From NCBI GenBank assembly GCA_044433115.1, contig JAWXTY010000019.1, positions 5,695 through 37,694 on the forward strand: a stretch of DNA of 32,000 nucleotides. Direction: 5' to 3'. The DNA is from Opitutales bacterium. GTDB taxonomy: Bacteria > Verrucomicrobiota > Verrucomicrobiia > Opitutales > Intestinicryptomonadaceae. The notes under the pieces are model-generated. The model worked only from the letters and a program-made list of their open reading frames with translations. It was not told the origin of the DNA and did no database searches. The translations under genes were made by a program, and so were the position numbers. This document shows positions 25,988 to 32,000 of the stretch, one piece after another (the first letter of the stretch is position 1; each line of letters begins with the position of its first letter).

Positions 25988-26043
25988 AAGCATATTTTTT
26001 ATACTAAAAAAGCGTCCCAAAAAGAGACGCTTAAATTACGTTG
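25988..26043. repeat. Right copy of ~56-bp direct repeat bracketing the TA cassette
   Basis: See 25246-25303. Contains the hairpin AAGCGTC...GACGCTT (26010-26032), which on the minus strand is followed by a T-run and would terminate the OMP gene. Confidence 0.8.
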
Positions 26044-26052
26044 TATTAGATA

Positions 26053-27051
26053 TTATTTCCAGCCCAAAGGAACTTCTATGCCGAGCAAGAAACGAGTTTC
26101 GTTCTTTAGAGAGTCGCTAGAGTTGATGCCGTCGTATTGATAGCTATATCTTAGAACGATGTCGAATACAGGGCTTGGAGATACTGCAAGACCTACCATA
26201 AAGTAGAAGAAGTATTGGTCAGTATTTTCCAAGTTTAATTGGAAGTCCATCTTATGCTCTAAACGCATATAGTCGTGGAATTTCCATTTAACTTCTTCGC
26301 CTACAGAAAGGATAGCAACCCAAGGAGTGTCGTAACCTGTAGCGTCTATATACTTAATACCAGGACCGCCATATAGGTTAATAACCAAGTCGTCTTCGAA
26401 ATATTTTAAAGTGTAGCCAATCGCAACAATTTCGTTAACTTCATTTTGAATTTCCTTAATTTCATCTCTACGATAGTTAAGTTCATTAGAGATATACCAA
26501 TTTGTATCCTTGCTAAAATCGTAGCGATATAAAGAGCCTAAGCCGTACTTGTCCGTAGAAGTATAAGAGTCGCCATCTACAGGAGTTTCAGTTGTGTAGT
26601 CGTAATATGCGTTAAGCTTGATAGATGACAAGTCTGTGATTTGCTTAAAAGCTTCGCCTGATATATTGTAGGCAGTGTAGCTAGAATTAGTCTTTTTATG
26701 CTCAAAAGCAGCCTTTAGCTTAACTTCCCAACCACCCATATATGGATTTATACTGTCTTTATACTCTTGAATCCAATCTGGAGTATTGTCTTTTTTCTCT
26801 TCTTTCTTAGGAGCAGGAGCAGGAGCTTGGGCAACTTCTTCCTTAGCGGGAGTAGCCTCGTCAATAATCTCTTTAACTTTAGATTTTTCTACAGTTAAAG
26901 AAGCGTAAGGAGTTTCGAGGACTATAGATTTGTCGTCTTGGCTCTTGATAATTCCACTTAGTTTATCGCCATTAGCCATTTCTAGGGTAGCAGCGTTTAG
27001 GGAAAGTCCTAATGAAAGTAGGGCTATAGTGTATAAGTATGTTTTCTTCAT
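26053..27051 (-). CDS. Outer-membrane beta-barrel protein, DUF481/YdiY-like
   Basis: Signal peptide MKKTYLYTIALLSLGLSLNA/AT. N-terminal LEMANGDKLSGIIKSQDDKSIVLETPYASLTV motif, typical from memory of DUF481. The C-terminal two-thirds has an alternating hydrophobic/aromatic strand pattern. Confidence 0.6.
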   Translation of the reverse strand: MKKTYLYTIALLSLGLSLNAATLEMANGDKLSGIIKSQDDKSIVLETPYASLTVEKSKVKEIIDEATPAKEEVAQAPAPAPKKEEKKDNTPDWIQEYKDSINPYMGGWEVKLKAAFEHKKTNSSYTAYNISGEAFKQITDLSSIKLNAYYDYTTETPVDGDSYTSTDKYGLGSLYRYDFSKDTNWYISNELNYRRDEIKEIQNEVNEIVAIGYTLKYFEDDLVINLYGGPGIKYIDATGYDTPWVAILSVGEEVKWKFHDYMRLEHKMDFQLNLENTDQYFFYFMVGLAVSPSPVFDIVLRYSYQYDGINSSDSLKNETRFLLGIEVPLGWK

Positions 27052-27113
27052 ATTTTATGTTTATGTATTCTTTTATATAGTGTAAATTTTCTTAAATAGA
27101 GCAAGAGTATTTT

Positions 27114-28373
27114 TTATTTTGTCTTTAAAAATTTAATAGCAGGAACGAGGCTTGCAAAGGATACTAGAGTTGAAAGCATAATCCACAAGAAGAAATCCTT
27201 ATATCCAAGAGCCTCTTGGATAAAGCCAGTAAAAAAGCCTCCGAGCATTAGAGATAGAGCCATTAGTGAGCTTAGTATAGCATATTGAGAAGTCTTGCTC
27301 TTGCCCTGCACTGCCCTTAGCATAAACGCCATATAGGCAGAAAAGCCAAGCCCATAGCCAAATTGTTCTATAGATACTAAACTCGAAATCAATGCAAAGT
27401 TATCTGTAGGGAAATATGCCATTATTAAATATACTAAATTAGGCACATTTATAGCCAAGGCAAAAGGTATCAAGCATTTGAGCAATCCCCATCTCGAAAT
27501 TAGCACACCACCTAATATACCTCCAAGAAACAAGCATATCGTGCCTGCTGTTCCATATATAAAGCCTTGATTAGTCAAGCTTAGCCCTAAGCCTCCATCA
27601 GCTCTATCTGCAAGTAAAAAGGCTGGGGCAACTTTGCTTAGCTGAGCTTCTGCAAATCTATAAAAAAGCAAAAATATCAATATATTTACAAAGCCCTTAG
27701 AGCTGAAAAAATCTATATAAACCTTAAAGAAATTTCCAGAGACACTAGAAGTAGCCTCTTGCCTTGTTGGAATGTCGGTAGATTTTCTTGGCAAAAATAC
27801 CTTAAAAAACAAAGTAAAGCTCAAGAATATCAATGCACAAAGGGCAAATACAAAGCCCCAAGCAAGTTTTTCTGAACTAAATCTAATAGATAAAATACCA
27901 GCTAAGGCAACTAAAAAGCCCTGCACAAATAATAAGGATAGCCTATAAAAAGCACTGCGTATTCCAACAAAGAAAGCTTGGTCTTTTTTGTCGAGAGCTA
28001 AGATATAATAGCCATCTGCCGAGATGTCGTAAGTTGCACTTAAAAATGCTAAAGCCCAAAAGAATATTGCAGAAATTAAAACCCAAGAACTTGAAAAGCT
28101 ACAAATCCCAAGCAACAAAGCTACTCCAGACATAAAAAAGCCAGACAATATCAAAGCCCTACGCTTCGTTGAATACATATCTACTAAAGGTGCCCAAAGA
28201 GCTTTTAACGCCCAAGGCAAATAGATAAAAGAAGTTATCAGCGTTGCAGTGGATAAGGCGACTCCCTGAGATATATAATAAATTTGAGCGAGAGCAGCAC
28301 AAAGTGCATTAGGCAAACCTTGAATAAAGTATACAGAGGCAATCCAAAGCCAATTTTTTTGATTTTCTTTCAT
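27114..28373 (-). CDS. ampG: AmpG-family MFS permease (muropeptide/PAT family)
   Basis: Matches E. coli AmpG landmarks by eye: YFIQGLPNAL (GFASGLPLAL), KALWAPLVDMYSTKRR (KFLWSPLMDRY..RRR), SATYDISADG (SASQDIVFDA), QYAILSSLMAL (QFALLSALSAV). The ORF track starts at a TTG (28379); an ATG lies two codons later at 28373. Confidence 0.8.
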   Translation of the reverse strand: MKENQKNWLWIASVYFIQGLPNALCAALAQIYYISQGVALSTATLITSFIYLPWALKALWAPLVDMYSTKRRALILSGFFMSGVALLLGICSFSSSWVLISAIFFWALAFLSATYDISADGYYILALDKKDQAFFVGIRSAFYRLSLLFVQGFLVALAGILSIRFSSEKLAWGFVFALCALIFLSFTLFFKVFLPRKSTDIPTRQEATSSVSGNFFKVYIDFFSSKGFVNILIFLLFYRFAEAQLSKVAPAFLLADRADGGLGLSLTNQGFIYGTAGTICLFLGGILGGVLISRWGLLKCLIPFALAINVPNLVYLIMAYFPTDNFALISSLVSIEQFGYGLGFSAYMAFMLRAVQGKSKTSQYAILSSLMALSLMLGGFFTGFIQEALGYKDFFLWIMLSTLVSFASLVPAIKFLKTK

Positions 28374-28739
28374 TTTCAAGGGGGGCAGGAAATTGCCTGA
28401 GGCAAGTCATAAAAAACTCTGCATTGATGGCGTCTTATTAGGTTGCTTTGTCTCTACCTTCTTTGTTAAGGTGGGTGCTTCAATAATAACTTTTGTCTTC
28501 CATCTAAAAAAGGCATGACAGCCACTATCATTGTTCGAGCTCCCTTTATATTATCATTAAGGTGGGAAAGCTTTTAAACAGTTTCGCTCATCGCAGATTA
28601 GATATAATCTCTAAGATTTTTTGCGTAATTACAAGATATTTTTTACATTTTTTGCATTTTTGCTTAAATTGCCCACAAAATTGTCGCATAGACACAAAAA
28701 AGCTGAACTCACCTACGCAAATCCAGCCTTTTAAATTAT

Positions 28740-28822
28740 GGGGGCTTCTAAAAATTGTAAGTTATCTTAGTGCAAAAAGAGAATTTTTGCTTTCTAATCA
28801 AACCCAATTTTGAGAAGTCCCC
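28740..28822. repeat. Structured intergenic inverted-repeat element, copy B (short form), abutting the hisG 3' end
   Basis: Arms GGGGGCTTCTAAAAATTG (28740-28757) and CAATTTTGAGAAGTCCCC (28805-28822) pair at about 16 of 18 positions plus one G-U. Inner hairpin GCAAAAA-GAGAA-TTTTTGC at 28772-28790. The core is about 87% identical to 24161-24230. Confidence 0.75.
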
Positions 28823-28840
28823 TTATATAAAGTTTGCCTA

Positions 28841-29719
28841 TTAAGGGATAACTTTATTCAAAGGATATTCAACTATACCTTCAGCATCGTGTGCTTTTAA
28901 GACAGGAATTATGTCTCTAACAACAGCTTCGTTTACTATAGTTTCGATTGCAACCCAAGCAGGGTCTGACAACTGAGATACTGTAGGGCGACGCAAAGCA
29001 GGTAATGTATTGATAATTTTTGCTACATTAGCCTTAGGCAAGTTCATCTTCAAGCCAACCTTATCGCCAGCTTCTAATGCACCTGTCAAGAGCATAGCAA
29101 TAGTTTCAATCTTAGCTCTTTTTTCTGGGTTTTCCCAAGCTTGCTTATTAGCAATAAACTTAGTGTTTGTATACATCATAGTTTCGATGATACGCAAGTT
29201 ATTTGCTCTAATAGAAGAACCTGTTTCAGTAATATCAGCAATAGCGTCAACTAAGTCAGGAACTTTAACTTCAGTAGCACCCCAAGAAAATTCGACATGA
29301 GCATTTACGCCAGCGTCCTCAATAAATTTCTTAGTTACATTAACTAATTCAGTTGCAACACGTTTGCCTTCTAAATCTTTAACGCTTTTAATGTCTGAGT
29401 CTTCTTTAACGCAAATTACCCATTTAGATTTTAGAGTAGTAGCTCTGCTATAAACTAAATCGCAAACTTCAACAACATCGCTAGAGTTTTCTAAAATCCA
29501 GTCATGACCAGTCAATCCACAATCGAAGAAGCCATGTTCTACATATCTACTAATTTCTTGTGCTCTAACAAACCTGCCATCTAACTCTTTATCGTTAATT
29601 GAAGGCTTATATGAGCGACTACTTTTTGTTATACTCCAACCAGCTTTTTTGAACAATGCTATAGTTGAGTCTTCTAAACTGCCCTTTGGCAATCCTATCA
29701 TTACAAGAGGTGTATCCAC
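28841..29719 (-). CDS. hisG: ATP phosphoribosyltransferase, long form with C-terminal regulatory domain
   Basis: [20 protein letters not shown]-terminus, signature [22 protein letters not shown], and a HisG_C-like tail (...[13 protein letters not shown]). GTG start at 29719; alternative ATG at 29701 (MIGLPKG). Confidence 0.88.
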   Translation of the reverse strand: MDTPLVMIGLPKGSLEDSTIALFKKAGWSITKSSRSYKPSINDKELDGRFVRAQEISRYVEHGFFDCGLTGHDWILENSSDVVEVCDLVYSRATTLKSKWVICVKEDSDIKSVKDLEGKRVATELVNVTKKFIEDAGVNAHVEFSWGATEVKVPDLVDAIADITETGSSIRANNLRIIETMMYTNTKFIANKQAWENPEKRAKIETIAMLLTGALEAGDKVGLKMNLPKANVAKIINTLPALRRPTVSQLSDPAWVAIETIVNEAVVRDIIPVLKAHDAEGIVEYPLNKVIP

Positions 29720-29968
29720 TTTTTAACTTTCTCGATTATTTTATGTTTTTCCCATTATAAAAGAAGTTAGAAAAACTCCTTTTACATTTTTATATTAAAT
29801 TAGAGAAATTTATAGATTAGATTTAATCAGTCAATCTTTTTTATTGAATTTCTCATTTTTTTTGAGGCGTGAAGAATTTGTTAACACCCTCTCTGTTGTA
29901 ACAGAATTGAGAAATTGTTCAAAAAAAGGGGCGATATTCCAAAAAATCCCTAAAATAGACACGTTGTG

Positions 29969-30013
29969 AAAAATGACTAAAAATGGCAATTTTATGCCTT
30001 TTTAGTCATTTTT
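29969..30013. other. Orphan long hairpin (terminator-like) in the divergent hisG / 30200 intergenic region
   Basis: AAAAATGACTAAAAA (29969-29983) is perfectly complementary to TTTTTAGTCATTTTT (29999-30013). An inner GGCA/TGCC pair extends this to 19 bp with a 6-nt loop. T-tracts follow on both strands. Confidence 0.6.
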
Positions 30014-30199
30014 TTGTGCTAAGACCTCTGTCTAAATTTTGAGCTTTTATATATCTCTAAATGCTGTATTTTGCTTGGTTTATAGTTGCTTTATAGTTGC
30101 TTATATCTAAAATTTAGACACTTTTTGTATCTTAAAGAGATTTTATCTTTAGGCTCTTATATTATAAAGCTTGAAAAATTTATCTGCATAGGCGATAAT

Positions 30200-31447
30200 A
30201 TGTATATGTTTAAGAAGATTTTAGTTTGCTTTGCTTTTGTGATTTGCTCAACTTTGTGGGGAGATGAGAGCATTGCGACGAAAGCGGAGCTTGAAGCTTT
30301 TGAGGAGCTTGCATTGACAGACGCAAACAGAGCCTTGGAGTTATCTATGTATTATCAAGGCTGGAGTAAAGACGAGTGCTTTTATGTCTTTGACAACCCA
30401 AAATCCGACTCGCCTATCACTCGTGATTATGTAAAAGATTCCGAACTTAGCCGACAACTAAAAATGCGAGATTTCGACAAAGCCCTCCATTTTGCCGAAA
30501 TTGCTTTTGAAATTCTTCCTGTAGATGAAAAGCTCAAAGGCATTAAAAAAAAGACAGATTTGAATTTAATGAAGCTATATATACTTCGTGGAGAAGATTT
30601 TGCCGAAGAAACTTTTAATTTTTTTGTAGAAAAAGTAGCCTCGCATAATTTTGAAAAAGAGGGAAAGCTTTATGGCACTGATTTATACAGAAAATTCGAT
30701 GGACCACCAAGCTGGGCTTTTAAATATAAAGAACTACACGTATATTTTTACGCTAAAGGCTTTGGAGTAAAGCAAGATATGGCTTTTGCAAAAGACCTCT
30801 TGCACCAAGTAACAGGAAACGAAAATTGGCGAGCCTTTTACCTTCCTAAGTATTACATAAAAGACCTTGAATTTATGGAATTTTTAATGGAAGAAAGCGA
30901 AGGCAATATTAGAAGAAATTATTATTTACATTTAATATACGCTGGCAGATTTAACGAAGAAGAAAAAGATGAAGCTCGTTCTGATAAATATTTCGACTTA
31001 TATGAAGAAGCTGTAAATAACATTACGGATAGTCAAATTAAGCGCATAGAAGAAAGCCTTGAAAAGAATAAACAGGCAGATAATTTCTGGTTTTTATCCT
31101 TTAATTATGCTGAGAAATATTTATCGAGAATAGTTATCTATGATAAATGTTTAATAATTTATAATCCTTATTATAACATAGAGTTTCTAATAAAATATAT
31201 AAACAAGACCGACAATACTGCATATAAAAAACATCTTTTGATAGCTTTTCGTTTGCTTAACGCTGAAAGCGTAGTTGATGCTAAAAAATATTTAAACAAG
31301 GCTCTAGAAAGTGACAACATAAGTTATGCAGAAAAAAATATGCTAAAAGAAGAGTTTTACAAGCAGTACGAAAGAAGGAAAAATACTTTTTATTCAATAA
31401 AAGACTATGGCTTTGATATGCTAAATCATGATTACGATAGTTTCTAA
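30200..31447 (+). CDS. Secreted alpha-helical repeat protein (one Sel1/TPR-like motif), function unknown
   Basis: Likely start is the ATG at 30200 (MYMFKKILVCFAFVICSTLWG signal peptide). The ORF-track start at 30086 is upstream non-coding-looking sequence. YFYAKGFGVKQDMAFAKDLL resembles a Sel1 repeat. Confidence 0.6.
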   Translation: MYMFKKILVCFAFVICSTLWGDESIATKAELEAFEELALTDANRALELSMYYQGWSKDECFYVFDNPKSDSPITRDYVKDSELSRQLKMRDFDKALHFAEIAFEILPVDEKLKGIKKKTDLNLMKLYILRGEDFAEETFNFFVEKVASHNFEKEGKLYGTDLYRKFDGPPSWAFKYKELHVYFYAKGFGVKQDMAFAKDLLHQVTGNENWRAFYLPKYYIKDLEFMEFLMEESEGNIRRNYYLHLIYAGRFNEEEKDEARSDKYFDLYEEAVNNITDSQIKRIEESLEKNKQADNFWFLSFNYAEKYLSRIVIYDKCLIIYNPYYNIEFLIKYINKTDNTAYKKHLLIAFRLLNAESVVDAKKYLNKALESDNISYAEKNMLKEEFYKQYERRKNTFYSIKDYGFDMLNHDYDSF

Positions 31448-31476
31448 AAAAAGAGAACCTCATTAGAGAGGTTCTC
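31445..31476 (-). terminator. Terminator hairpin between convergent genes (U-tract on the minus strand)
   Basis: GAGAACCTC-attaga-GAGGTTCTC perfect 9-bp stem (31453-31476). AAAAAAA on the + side gives a T-run on the minus strand. Confidence 0.7.
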
Positions 31477-31505
31477 GGTAATTATCTATAAAGCAGATCG
31501 ATAGC

Positions 31506-32000
31506 TTATCTTTTTGCCTTTATTCTTAGAGAAGCTAAAGTTGTATAGTTTTCACATTCAATGGATACACTGGTCTCGTTTATGGCACAAGCCTGATTAT
31601 CTGCTTGAATATTACCATTGTCGTCATATTTGCCGCTTTTTGCATGAGAAATCAACGAATGAGCAGCACTCTTATTATTGGAGTCGTTTAGATTTGATGC
31701 ATCACCATTTGGGTTTTTAACATATGGCGATGATGTGTCGTAATTATCGCTAACACGTCCTTCAAGGGAGTAGAAGTTTAGAGTTACTTCGGCTTCGTTT
31801 ATAGATATATTTTCATCGTTGCAGGCCAAGGCAGCGACTCTTTCTGCAATTATTGTGCCATCTTTGTCAGATTTCATATCGTAGAAAACTAAGACGTTTT
31901 CTGTCTGTGTTTTGCCATCTTTATCTGTATATTTATATTCTGCTTCGATTGCTATGGTATAATCTTTATTAGGCTCAAAGCCATCAAAACGAACTGTAGT
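31506..32000 (-). CDS. Hypothetical protein, C-terminal part (ORF continues past the window end)
   Basis: The frame stays open upstream of the ORF-track Met at 31877, all the way to nt 32000 (TTVRFDGFEPNKDYTIAIEAEYKYTDKDGKTQTENVLVFYDMKSDKDG...). Asn/Asp/Ser-rich; no recognisable family. Confidence 0.5.
   Translation of the reverse strand, partial: TTVRFDGFEPNKDYTIAIEAEYKYTDKDGKTQTENVLVFYDMKSDKDGTIIAERVAALACNDENISINEAEVTLNFYSLEGRVSDNYDTSSPYVKNPNGDASNLNDSNNKSAAHSLISHAKSGKYDDNGNIQADNQACAINETSVSIECENYTTLASLRIKAKR

Noticed and set aside
28562-28813. 83-aa plus-strand ORF (GTG start) between ampG and hisG.
   Set aside because: It runs through T-rich intergenic sequence and the copy-B inverted-repeat element. 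It has no RBS, and its composition is odd (F/L/C/K-rich). The region is better explained as non-coding.
29720-29900. Search for a his-leader peptide (a run of His codons) or a T-box element upstream of hisG.
   Set aside because: The minus strand has no run of CAT/CAC codons, and there is no T-box consensus (GGGTGGTACCGCG-like).
30081-30102. Tandem TATAGTTGCTT x2, and other short repeats, considered as a possible CRISPR or minisatellite.
   Set aside because: There are only two 11-bp units with no spacers and no repeat-spacer periodicity. No CRISPR array exists anywhere in the window.

Overview
AT-rich window from a Gram-negative-type bacterium: MurE has the meso-DAP DNPR motif, and there is an AmpG-family permease and a beta-barrel OMP. 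The phylum cannot be determined from this window. All homology calls were made by eye from motifs and synteny; no searches were run.

nt 1-15490 (+) is a nearly complete, tightly packed division/cell-wall (dcw) cluster: ftsI-murE-murF-mraY-murD-[LysM protein]-ftsW-murG-murC-ddl-ftsQ-ftsA-[ftsZ-like]. Many junctions are ATGA or TAATG overlaps. No murB is present.

The most unusual item is the gene in the ftsZ slot (14744-15490). It encodes only 248 aa. It looks like an FtsZ N-terminal domain whose GTP-binding signatures have decayed (GVGGGGGN becomes GVGKGGTK; GGGTGTG becomes FGDDNSA). It has no C-terminal/T7 domain, yet it keeps an FtsZ-like C-terminal FtsA-binding peptide (DLDVPTYLRK).

Downstream are a Dabb-domain protein and a CCA-adding enzyme (+). 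Next comes a compact minus-strand block: mnmM-like methyltransferase, Lrp/AsnC regulator, aminotransferase, der, fmt.

nt 22-32 kb is more accessory:
- Two adjacent small secreted Thr/Cys-rich proteins.
- A YqaA/DedA-type membrane protein.
- A small conserved ORF.
- A secreted Asp-cluster protein.
- A HigB/Gp49-like toxin plus HTH antitoxin cassette. The toxin carries an in-frame TAA, and the cassette is bracketed by a duplicated ~56-bp terminator-containing repeat.
- A DUF481-like OMP, an AmpG-family MFS permease and a stand-alone long-form hisG.
- A secreted helical-repeat protein and a truncated minus-strand ORF at the window edge.

Two intergenic regions share a structured inverted-repeat element (24028-24230 and 28740-28822). 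The hisG upstream region holds an orphan 19-bp hairpin with repeated motifs. No rRNA, tRNA, CRISPR array or transposase was recognised.
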